Under the pieces are notes generated by a model. The model ran no database searches, was not told the origin of the DNA, and was given only the letters and a program-made list of their open reading frames with translations. From an uncultured Gammaproteobacteria bacterium (GTDB lineage Bacteria; Pseudomonadota; Gammaproteobacteria; Burkholderiales; Usitatibacteraceae): a stretch of 64,000 nt of DNA. Positions 31,972-42,105 of this stretch are shown here, in pieces. The position numbers were made by a program, and so were the translations under genes. The stretch spans positions 28,920 to 92,919 of the forward strand of contig CAWAOC010000002.1 of assembly GCA_963783635.1 (NCBI GenBank). The letters run 5' to 3'. Each line of letters starts with the position of its first letter. Position 1 is the first letter of the stretch.

Positions 31972-32017
31972 GTCGTTTATGCGGGCGCTCGTGCAGGCGG
32001 CTTAAGCTGGATGTAGG

Positions 32018-33547
32018 ATGCCCGTTTGGTCCGCCGACTGGCTGCACCGCGAGGCCCTTGCCCTGCGCGACGTCCTTTCCCGCCGCATGCACCAGCGCGA
32101 TTTCGCGGCGCTGCAGCCGCACGAGCAGGCCGCCGTCGACGCGCTCGTGAAGGAGGAGATGCGCCGCAACACCTATGACGCGAGTCACCGGCACGCTCAC
32201 CGTCTCCCCCGGGCGCGCCGCGGCCATCGCGCGACCACGCAAGCGCATTACGAGGGCCTCTTCGGCAGCCGAGCCCGCCCTCGACAAGCTTCGCGAGCAG
32301 TACGCGATGATGCACGGACGCCCTGCCCGTCCGCAGGACCGCCGCAGCGCTTTCCGCCTTCTTCTTCTGGTCGGCCTGGTCCGCCGCCACGGACCGCCCC
32401 GGCGAGACGGGCCTGTCCTACACGAGCAACTGGCCGCACGAGCCCATCGTCGGCAACGTCCTGCCCGCTTCCGCCTCGATCTGGTCCATCGTGAGCATCG
32501 TGCTCCTCATCGCGGGCATCGCCGGGATGCTCTGGTACCACTCCGTGAACCACGAGCCGGCCGACCCGTCGGCGCCGCCGAAGAAAGACCCGCTCCTCGC
32601 CCTCGTCGCCACGCCGTCCATGAAGGCCGTGCGCAAGTACTTCTTCGTCGTCATCGGCCTCATCCTGAGTGCAGATCGGGATGGGCGCCATCACCGCCCA
32701 CTACGCGGTCGAGGGACAGGCCTTCTTCGGCCTGCCCCTCGGGAGAGGTCCTCCCCTACACCGTGAGCCGGACCATCCACACCCAGTTCGGCATCTTCTG
32801 GATCGCCACCGCCTGGCTCGCCACCGGCCTCTACATCGCGCCGCTGCTCTCCGGCCACGAGCCGAAGCTGCAGAAGCTGGGCGTGGACGCGCTCTTCTAC
32901 GCGCTGCTCCTCATCGTCGTGGGCTCCACCGCCACGAGCTGGCTGGGAACGCTGCAGCGCCAGAGGCTTCGAGTTCACCTTCTGGGTGGGCAACCAGGGC
33001 CTGGAGTTCACGAGCATGGGGCGCGTCTGGCAGATCCTGCTCTTCGTGGGGCTCCTCTTCTGGCTCTACCTCATGGGCCGCGCGCTGTGGCCGGCGCTGA
33101 AAGACGCCCGTCGGAGACGCGCGGGCTCATCGCGATGGTGTTCCTCTCGGCCGCCTGCATCGGGCTCTTCTACTCCGCCTCGCTCACCTGGGGCCAGCGC
33201 ACGCACTACGCGATGGTCGAGTACTGGCGCTGGTGGCTCGTGCACCTCTGGGTGGAGGGCTTCTTCGAGGTCTTCGCGACGGCCGTCGTGGCGCTCATCT
33301 TCACGCGCCTGGGCCTCATCCGCGCCTCGACCGCCAACAAGAGCGATCGTGCTCGAGACCATCGTCTTCCTCTTCGGCGGCATCCTGGGCACGCTGCACC
33401 ATCTCTACTGGACGGGCACGCCCACCTCGGTCATCGCCGTGGGCGCCGTGTTCTCCGCCCTGGAAGTCGTGCCGCTCGCGCTCATCGGGCTCGAAGGGCT
33501 GGAACACCTACCAGCGCTCGAAGGCGGCGCCCTGGGTTTCCGCCTAG
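32018..33547 (+). pseudogene. norB: Quinol-dependent nitric oxide reductase (qNor, NorB) remnant: truncated at both ends and multiply frameshifted
   Basis: It begins at WSADWLHREA and contains NWPHEPIVGN, ITAHYAVEGQAFFG, TRTIHTQFGIFWIAT, MVEYWRWWLVHLWVEGFFEVFAT and GTLHHLYWTG. It stops after LEVVPLALIGLEGWNTYQRSKAAPWVS. The N-terminal TM and periplasmic start, and the last third of the protein, are absent. Confidence 0.8.
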
Positions 33548-33595
33548 CAAGTGGACGCCAGCTATGCACGGCGCCGAGCTGCCCGCCTACATGCC

Positions 33596-33620
33596 GAAGG
33601 CCCGCCACGCGCGGGCCTTC
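33596..33620 (+). terminator. Hairpin GAAGGCCCGC-CACGC-GCGGGCCTTC (copy of 31947..31971)
   Basis: Read directly. It lies just after the norB remnant. Confidence 0.45.
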
Positions 33621-33789
33621 GCCTATTCCGGGCACGCGGGGCGACGGTTCTTTCCGGCGGCGCTGGGCCGGGACCCGAGGGGTGGCCGGTGCGCCGGCGT
33701 AGGTGCAGCCGGGTTAACCGGGATGTAGGATGCGGGTTAAGCGGGCGGTCCGGATCCCGGCCCGCCCGTTCCCGAAGCGAGACCCCTCC

Positions 33790-34256
33790 ATGCGCCTGAC
33801 GACCTTCACCGACTACAGCCTGCGCGTGCTCATGTTCGTGGCGACGCACCCCGAAGGGCGCACGACCATCGCCGAGATCGCGCGGACCTACGGCATCTCC
33901 GAGCACCACCTCACCAAGGTGGTGCACTTCCTCGGCAAGCGGGCTACCTCGAGAACATCCGCGGCCGCGGGGGCGGGCTCATGCTGGCCCGGGCCCCGAC
34001 GGCGATCAACGTGGGCGAGCTGGTGAAGCTCACCGAGGGCGGCGACGTGCCGGCGGAGTGCTTCGAGCGCAAGACCAACGCCTGCACGATCACCGCCGAC
34101 TGCAAGCTCAAGTTCGCGCTGGCGGAAGCCGTCGACGCGTTCTACGCGGCCCTGCGCAAGTACACCCTCGAGGACGTGGTGAAGAACCGCAAGGCGCTCG
34201 CCAAGGTCCTCTTCGTCACCCGGCCGGTCCGCCGGGCGGCGCGCGCCGCGTCCTAG
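33790..34256 (+). pseudogene. nsrR: Rrf2-family transcriptional regulator, NsrR-like; 1 frame break (1-bp deletion near 33940)
   Basis: MRLTTFTDYSLRVLMFVATHPEGRTTIAEIARTYGISEHHLTKVVHFLGK is followed by GYLENIRGRGGGLMLA. A three-Cys cluster, ECFERKTNACTITADC, is present. The gene is adjacent to norB. Confidence 0.7.
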
Positions 34257-34263
34257 CCGCTTC

Positions 34264-34287
34264 GGGACGTGTTCGCGAACACGTCCC
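34264..34287. repeat. REP-B copy 2 (GGGACGTGTTCG|CGAACACGTCCC)
   Basis: 24-bp perfect palindrome between the convergent nsrR and ABC-2 permease genes. Confidence 0.8.
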
Positions 34288-34292
34288 CGATT

Positions 34293-35059
34293 TCAGGCGA
34301 GCAGCCGCCGCCGGAAGAGCCTCAGCGCGATCCCGAAGCCCGCGATTCCCCAGGCCGCGAGCACGGCCGCGTGCAGGAACCCGTCCTGCGGCCAGTGGCC
34401 CAGGAAGAGCGGCCGGCCGATGGCGATGGCGTGCGTGAGCGGCAGCGCGGAGGCCACGGCCTGCACCCACCCCGGCAGCCCCGACAGCGGGAAGAAGACG
34501 CCGCACAGCAGCATCTGCGGCGTGAGCACCAGCGTGAACCAGTAGGTGAAGAAGTCGTAGCTCTTCGCGAACGCCGTCATCACGAGGCCCATGCCCGCGA
34601 ACGAGAGCCCGATGAGGAACGCGAGCGGCACGATGAGCACCATCGTCCACGACTGCGAAAGCCCCAGCGCGATGGCCACCAGCAGGATCGCGGTCCCGGA
34701 GAGCAGGCTCTTCGAGGCGGCCCAGATCCACTCCGCGAGCACCACGTCCTCGAGGGAGACGGGCGCGTTCATGATGCCCTCCCAGGTGCGCTGCACGTGC
34801 ATGCGCGCGAAGCCCGAGTAGAGCGCCTCGAAGGAAGCCGCCAGCATCGTCGTGTAGCAGATGGTGCCGCCCGCGAGGAAGGCGATGTACTTCACGCCCT
34901 CCACCTCCGGGATCATCGTGGAGAAGCCCAGGCCGAAGCCGAGCAGGTAGAAGAGCGGGTCGATGATGTTGCCCGCGATGCTGGCCGCCGCGAGCTTGCG
35001 CCACACGAGGTAGTTGCGCCGCCAGACCGCCACCCAGCGCCCGGCGAGGACGGTCGCGA

Positions 35060-35063
<4 letters not shown>
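34293..35063 (-). CDS. ABC-2 type exporter permease (NodJ-like)
   Basis: ATG at 35063 lies within ORF 34293..35285. Six hydrophobic segments are visible in [24 protein letters not shown].... The gene overlaps the ATPase stop. Confidence 0.85.
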
Positions 35064-35976
<913 letters not shown>

Positions 35977-35987
35977 CGCCCGGCCCC

Positions 35988-36657
35988 TCAGGCGCCGGGA
36001 CGCACGAGGCGCCCGACGAGGTCGCGGATGACGTGGAGCTTGCCGTGGAAGAAGTGGTCCGCGCCGGGCACGACGAGCACGGGCACGTCGCGCAGCGCGC
36101 CCCAGGCGAAGGAGTCGGCGATGGGCGTCGTCTCGTCCTTGTCGCCGTGGAAGACGATCGTGTTGGCCGAGGTGTGCCGGCCCGGGGCGCCCAGGTTCGG
36201 GTCGTCGGGCTGCGGGAACTCGCCCAGGCCGTGCCCGGTGAGGCGGCGGAAGGCCGGGGCCACCAGCACGAGGTGGGCGAAATCGATGCGCCCGCTCGCG
36301 CGCAGCGCCACCCCGCCGCCGAAGGAGAACCCCGCCATCCACAGCGGCAGCTCGCCGACCGCGCGCGCCGCGTGCGCCGCCACCTCGAGGAAGTCGTCGG
36401 TCTCGCCGCGCCCCTCGTCGTGCCGGCCCTCGCTCGCGCCCACGCCGCGGAAGTTGAACCGGAAGGTCGCCGCCCCCCGGTCCGTGAACGCGCGGGCGAC
36501 GCGTCGTCACCACCTTGTTGTCCATGGCGCCGCCGAAGAGCGGGTGCGGATGCGCGACGACCGCGATGGCCACCGGGTGCTCGGGAATCGCGTAGGCGAT
36601 CTCGATGGCCCCCGCGGGCCCTTCGACCGTCGCGCGATGGGTCCCGGCCGCCTTCAA
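35988..36657 (-). pseudogene. Alpha/beta-fold hydrolase; 1 frame break
   Basis: [18 protein letters not shown], then the nucleophile elbow GFSFGG, then [12 protein letters not shown]. Confidence 0.6.
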
Positions 36658-36962
36658 ATGCGCAGCCTCTCCACGACGCGGCCGTTCACGAGGTGCTCCT
36701 CGATGATCTCGTCGATGTCCGCCTTGTCCACGTAGGTGTACCAGGTCGCCTCGGGATAGACCACGAGCACCGGGCCCTCCTCGCAGCGATCGAGGCAGCC
36801 GGCCTGGTTCACGCGCACCTTGCCCTCGCCCGCGAGGCCCAGCGCCTTCACGCGCCCCTTGCAGTAGTCGCGCATGCCGGCGGCGTCGTGGTTCGCGCAG
36901 CACGCCTCGGGCGCCTCGCGCTGGTTCTGGCAGAAGAAGACGTGGTGCTTGTAGTAGCTCAT
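36654..36962 (-). CDS. Thioredoxin-like (2Fe-2S) ferredoxin
   Basis: The ATG at 36962 gives [16 protein letters not shown]...CC...[20 protein letters not shown], the typical four-Cys pattern. Confidence 0.8.
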   Translation of the reverse strand: MSYYKHHVFFCQNQREAPEACCANHDAAGMRDYCKGRVKALGLAGEGKVRVNQAGCLDRCEEGPVLVVYPEATWYTYVDKADIDEIIEEHLVNGRVVERLRI

Positions 36963-36985
36963 GGGCGATCCGTCGCTCGGGGCCG

Positions 36986-38040
36986 TCATTGTATCGGCTC
37001 GTCGCGCCGCCACACGAAGAGCGCGCACAGCCACGCGAGCGCCAGCACCGGCCACGACTCGTGGAGATAGCGCGTGAGCGTGGCGAAGGTGGCGAGCTGC
37101 CCGTAGGGCCAGCTGAAGAGCCGCAGGAAGTCGCCGAGCGCGCTGTAGGCGCCGAAGATCTTGGCGAAGAGCGCCCCGGCGAGCGTGAGGACGATGGCGA
37201 GGTAGATGCGCGCGGTCCGGCCGCAGCCCGCGCAGCGGCGCGAAGGCGAGCGAGTCCCGCGGCGAGGCCCAGCACGCGGCCCTCCGTCACCCAGCCCGCG
37301 GACAGGTGGGGCTTCAGCATCACGCGAGGCCATCGCGAACTTGCACCACAGCGCCGACGTGAGGAGGAGCAGCGTCCAGCGCAGCGCCCCGCCCGGCCCC
37401 TTGCAGCACGACCGACACGAAGAACCCGAAGCCCGCCACCGAGAGCGCGACCGATCCCGCCGTGACCAGGAAGTCGCCCGGATGCGGGACGCCTTCGCCG
37501 CCGATGTTGCCCGCCTCGAAGAAGGGCAGCGCGGGGTTGAGCTGCGCGAGGAGCCACAGCACCACGAGCACGAGCCCCGCATCGCCCCAGCCGCCGGCCG
37601 CCACGAGGCGCTCCCGCGCCTGCGCCAGCGGATGCGCGACCAGCGGTGCGCAGCGGCTCGGCGAAGACGAGCGTGCCGGCGAAGGCGCCCGCCGTGTTGG
37701 CGGCGACGTCGTAGAGCGAGGCGACGCGAGTGGGCACGAAGAGCTGCAGGGCCTCCATGGCGAGGCTGAAGGCCGCGCACCACGCCGACCGCCTTCGCCC
37801 GCGCGGTCCAGGGCGCGGCTCGGCCCCGCAGGACGAGGCAGGCGAGCGCGCCCAGCGGCATGTAGACGACGACGTTCAGCGCCACGTCGAACTCGAGCAG
37901 CACCTTCGGCCGCAGGAAGATCGCGAGCGCGTCCGGCCCCGGCATGCGCAGCGGCAGGAACGGGTACAGGCTCGCGTAGGCGACGAGCAGCGCCCAGACC
38001 GCGAGCGCCCCGCGATGGCGGGCGGCGTCAGCCGACAGGC
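36986..38040 (-). pseudogene. VanZ-like family membrane protein; about 5 frame breaks, start uncertain
   Basis: LYPFLPLRMPGPD...[45 protein letters not shown] and the C-terminal hydrophobic part ending VWRRDEPIQ* lie in different frames. Confidence 0.45.
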
Positions 38041-38550
38041 TTGAGCCCCTTGCGGTAGGCCGCCGGAGCGCTCGACGTAGTGCTCCGCGATCCAGGTGTT
38101 GTTGGCGATGTCCTCGGGGGTGAGGTGGCGCACGACCTTGCCCGGCACGCCGAGCACGAGCGAGCCGTCGGGGATGTGCTTGCCCTCGGGCACGAGGGCG
38201 CCGGCGCCGATGAGGCAGTTCTTCCCGATGACGGCCCGGTTGAGGATGATCGCGCCGATGCCGATGAGGGAGTTCTCCCCGATGGTGCAGCCGTGCAGCA
38301 TCACCATGTGGCCGACGCTCACGTTCCTCTCGAGGACGACGGGGATGCCGAGGTCGGTGTGGATCACCGAGCCGTCCTGCACGTTCACGTTCTCGCCGAG
38401 CGTGATGAGCTCGTTGTCGCCGCGCAGCGTGCACCCCCACCAGACGTTGGCGCCCTTCTTCATGAGCACCGAGCCGATGACGGCGGCGTTGGGGGCGACG
38501 AAGTTGTCGCCTTCGAGGACGGGCTTGCGGTCATCCAGTTCGTAGATCAT
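38028..38550 (-). pseudogene. Gamma-class carbonic anhydrase / hexapeptide-repeat (YrdA/PaaY-like) protein; 1 frame break near the 3' end
   Basis: MIYELDDRKPVLEGDNFVAPNAAVIGSV...CTLRGDNELITLGENVNVQDGSVIHTD...GHMVMLHGCTIG. Confidence 0.8.
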
Positions 38551-38615
38551 GGGGCGCCAGGGAAAGGGGTCGGATCCCATTTTCGCAAGGAAAACGGGAT
38601 CCGATGCACCCTTTT

Positions 38616-39368
38616 TTACATCTGCTTGAAGAGGTGCGAGTAGATGCGCGAGACGGTGAGGGTCTCGTCCTTGCCCTTCACCTTGATGTGCGCCTGGCCG
38701 CGGAAGTCGCGCGTGACGCCCGCGATCGCGTTCACGTTCACGATGGCGGAACGGTGGATCTGCCAGAAGGTGTCGGGGTCGAGGCCGTCGAGGAGCTCGC
38801 GGATGGGCGTCTTGATGAGCGCCTCGGAGTCCGCCGTCACCACGCGCGTGTACTTTTCATCCGACTGGAAGAAGAGCACCTCGGCCACGGGAATGAGGCG
38901 CAGGTTCTGCCCGAAGCTCGCCTTGATCCACTGCAGCTTCTCCTTGCCCGCGCCGCCGCGCAGCTGCGTCGCGAGCTGCGAGACGATGGCGTTGAGGTCC
39001 GGCGGCGGGCTCGCGAGCTTGGCCTTCAGGCGCTCGATCGTCACCGCGAGGCGCTCGTCGGTGTAGGGCTTGAGGATGTAGTCGACCGCGCCCGTCTCGA
39101 AGGCCTGGATGGCGTACTGGTCGTAGGCGGTCACGAAGACGACGTGCGCGCGGTTGCCCACGTGGCGCGCGACCTCCACGCCCGTCATCTCCGGCATCTG
39201 GATGTCGAGGAACATGAAGTCGGGCGCGCGGTCCTCGAGCGCCTCCAGCGCCGCGGCGCCGTCCTCCACGGACGCGATGACCTCGAGCTCCGGCCAGAGC
39301 TTCTCGAGCTTCGACTCGAGCTGCTCGCGCAGGATCGGCTCGTCTTCGGCGAGGATGGCGGTCGGCAT
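38616..39368 (-). CDS. LytTR-family response regulator (RR1)
   Basis: Intact 250-codon ORF. The receiver domain reads ILAEDEPILR...FLDIQMPEMTG...VFVTAYDQYA. The LytTR domain reads IPVAEVLFFQSDEKYTRVVT...FWQIHRSAIVN. Confidence 0.9.
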   Translation of the reverse strand: MPTAILAEDEPILREQLESKLEKLWPELEVIASVEDGAAALEALEDRAPDFMFLDIQMPEMTGVEVARHVGNRAHVVFVTAYDQYAIQAFETGAVDYILKPYTDERLAVTIERLKAKLASPPPDLNAIVSQLATQLRGGAGKEKLQWIKASFGQNLRLIPVAEVLFFQSDEKYTRVVTADSEALIKTPIRELLDGLDPDTFWQIHRSAIVNVNAIAGVTRDFRGQAHIKVKGKDETLTVSRIYSHLFKQM

Positions 39369-39377
39369 GCGCGAATC

Positions 39378-40930
39378 CTACCGCTTGAGCGCCCGCTTGA
39401 GGATCTTGCCGGTGGCGGTCATCGGCAGCGACTCCACGATCTCCACGATGCGCGGGTACTTGAAGCTCGCCATCCGCTCCTTGCACCACGCGATGACCGC
39501 CTCCGGCGTGGCCTGCTTGCCGGGGCGCAGCACGATCACGGCCTTCACCTCCTCGCCGTGGGTCTCGTGCGGCACGCCGATGACGGCCACCTGCGCGATG
39601 GCCTCGTGGGTCATCATCACCTCCTCGAGCTCGCGCGGATAGACGTTGAAGCCGCCGCGGATCACCATGTCCTTCAGGCGGTCGACGATGTAGAAGTTGC
39701 CCGCCTCGTCCATCTTGCCGATGTCGCCGGTGTGGAACCAGCCGTCGCGGATCGCCGCGGCGGTCGCCTGCGGGTTGCGGTAGTAGCCCTTCATCACGTT
39801 GTGGCCGCGGATCACGATCTCGCCCGGCTGGCCGGGCGGCAGCGGCGCGCCGGCCTCGTCCACGATGCGCATCTGCGTGCCCCAGATGGCCTGGCCGACG
39901 CTGCCGGGGATGCGCGGGGCGTCGAAGGAGCTGAACGTGGCCACGGGGCTCGTCTCCGAGAGCCCGTAGCCCTCGAAGATCGGGATCGCGAAGCGCTCCT
40001 CGAAGCGGCGCATCACCTCCACCGGCATCGCGGCGCCGCCCGAGATGCCCACGCGCAGCTTCGCCGCGATGGCCTTCAGGTCGTGGCGCTCCTCGGCGCC
40101 GGGCAGGTTCAGGATCGCCATGTACATCGTCGGCACGCCCGCGAAGATGGTCACCCCGTGCTTCTGCATGCGCGGCGAGCGCGGCGTCCGGGTCGAAGCG
40201 CGGCAGCAGCACCATCGAGGCGCCGCACCACAGCACGGCGTTCATCTGCACGCTCTGGCCGAAGGAATGGAAGAGCGGCAGCGCCACCAGGTGGCAGTCC
40301 GCCGCGCCCATCCGCGCGATCATGCAGGAGTTGAAGGCGTTCATCGCCAGGTTGGCGTGCGAGAGCTCCGCGCCCTTGGGCCGGCCCGTGGTCCCCGAGG
40401 TGTAGAGGATGACGGCGGTGTCGTTCGCGTCGGCTTCGGCGCAGGGGCCCTCGCCGGGCTGGCCGTGCATGAAGGCGCCCAGCGTTCGCGCCCCCTCGAT
40501 CGGGGAGGGCTTGGCGGGGTCGCCCGTGATCACGACGAACTCGGGGCACTTGCCGTACTGCACGAAGCCCGCGTGGCCTTCCTTCCCCAGCGGCAGGTCG
40601 GCGCTGCCCTCGAAGCAGAAGAACAGCCTTCGCCTGCGCGTCCTCGAGCTGGTAGGCGATCTCGGGCGCCTTGCCGAGGATGCTCACCGGCACGACCGTG
40701 GCGCCGGCCTTGAGGATGCCGTAGTAGACGATCGGGAAATACGGCAGGTTCGGGCACGCCAGCGCCACGTTGTCGCCGCGGCCGATGCCCAGCGCGCGCA
40801 GCCCGTTCGCCACGCGGTTGGCGGCCGCGTCCAGCTCCGCGTAGGTGATGGTGCGGTCGGCGAAGAAGATCGCCGCCTTGCCGGGGTGCACCTGGGCGCC
40901 CCGCTCGAGGCCCTGGGCCAGGTTGATCAT
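39378..40930 (-). pseudogene. Long-chain fatty acid-CoA ligase (AMP-binding, FadD-like); 2 frame breaks
   Basis: AMP-binding motif ILYTSGTTGRPKGAELSH, plus EGYGLSETSP, WFHTGDIG and ATGKILKR. The breaks are near 40625 and 40170. Confidence 0.85.
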
Positions 40931-40947
40931 CGACGATCCTCCGTTGC

Positions 40948-42096
40948 TCAGAGCGAGCGGGAAATGAGTTCCTTCATGATCTCGTTCGAGCCGCCGTAGA
41001 TGCGGGATACCCGCGCGTCGGCCCAGGCGCGCGCGATGGGATATTCCCACATGTAGCCGTTGCCGCCGTGCAATTGCAGGCAGGCGTCGATCACCTTGCA
41101 CTGCAGGTCCGTGCACCAGTACTTCGCCATGGAGGCGGTGGCCGCGTCGAGCGTGCCGGCGAGCACGAGCTCCAGGCAGCGGTCGACGAACACGCGCGCG
41201 ATCTGCAGCTCCGTCTTCGCCTCCGCGAGCGTGAAGCGCGTGTTCTGGAACTCCAGGATCGTCTTCCCGAAGGCCTTGCGGTCGCGGCAGTAGTCGAGCG
41301 TCCAGTCGAGCGCCGCCTCGGCGAGCGCCACCGCCGTGAGGGCGATCTGCAGCCGCTCCCAGGGCAGTTCCTGCATCAGGTAGGCGAAGCCCCGGCCTTC
41401 CTCGCCGAGGCGGTGGCCCGCGGGCACGCGGACGCCGTCGAAGAAGAGCTCGCCCGTGTCCTGCGCCTTGAGGCCCACCTTCTCGAGCCGGCGGCCCTTG
41501 GTGAAGCCCGCCATGGTGGTATCGACCACGAAGAGGCTCGTGCCGCTGGCGCCGCGCGAGGCGTCGGTCTTCGCCGCCACGACCACGAGGTCGCAGTGGA
41601 AGCCGTTGGTGATGAAGGTCTTGGCGCCGTTGAGCACGTAGTGGTCGCCGTCGCGCACGGCGGTGGCGCGGATGCCCTGCAGGTCGGAGCCGGCGCCCGG
41701 CTCGGTCATCGCGATGGCGCCGATCAGCTCACCCGTCGCCATTCTCGGCAGGTAGGCGCGCTTGAGGTCCTCGGTGCCGTAGTGCAGGAGGTAGGGCGCG
41801 ACGATGTCCGAGTGCAGCGACCATCCGAGGAGGCTCACCGCCCCCAGCCGCGCGGTCTCCTCGAAGACCACGACGCTGTAGCGCCGGTCCGCGCCCGCGC
41901 CGCCGTACTCCTCCGGCATCGTCGGGCACAGGAACCCGGCCGCGCCGCCCTTCAGCCAGATGTCGCGGTCGATGAAGCCCTGCTTCTCGTGGCGCTCGCG
42001 GTGCGGCAGCACCTCGGTGACGACGAAGCGGCGCAGGGCATCGCGGAATTGTTCGTGCTCGGGCTCGAAGAGCGTGCGCGGGATGGAGAAGGCCAT
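40948..42096 (-). CDS. Acyl-CoA dehydrogenase
   Basis: Intact 382-codon ORF: AIAMTEPGAGSDLQGI...FITNG...QLHGGNGYMWEYPIARAWADARVSRIYGGSNEIM. Confidence 0.9.
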   Translation of the reverse strand: MAFSIPRTLFEPEHEQFRDALRRFVVTEVLPHRERHEKQGFIDRDIWLKGGAAGFLCPTMPEEYGGAGADRRYSVVVFEETARLGAVSLLGWSLHSDIVAPYLLHYGTEDLKRAYLPRMATGELIGAIAMTEPGAGSDLQGIRATAVRDGDHYVLNGAKTFITNGFHCDLVVVAAKTDASRGASGTSLFVVDTTMAGFTKGRRLEKVGLKAQDTGELFFDGVRVPAGHRLGEEGRGFAYLMQELPWERLQIALTAVALAEAALDWTLDYCRDRKAFGKTILEFQNTRFTLAEAKTELQIARVFVDRCLELVLAGTLDAATASMAKYWCTDLQCKVIDACLQLHGGNGYMWEYPIARAWADARVSRIYGGSNEIMKELISRSL

Positions 42097-42105
42097 CCGG
42101 GCATT

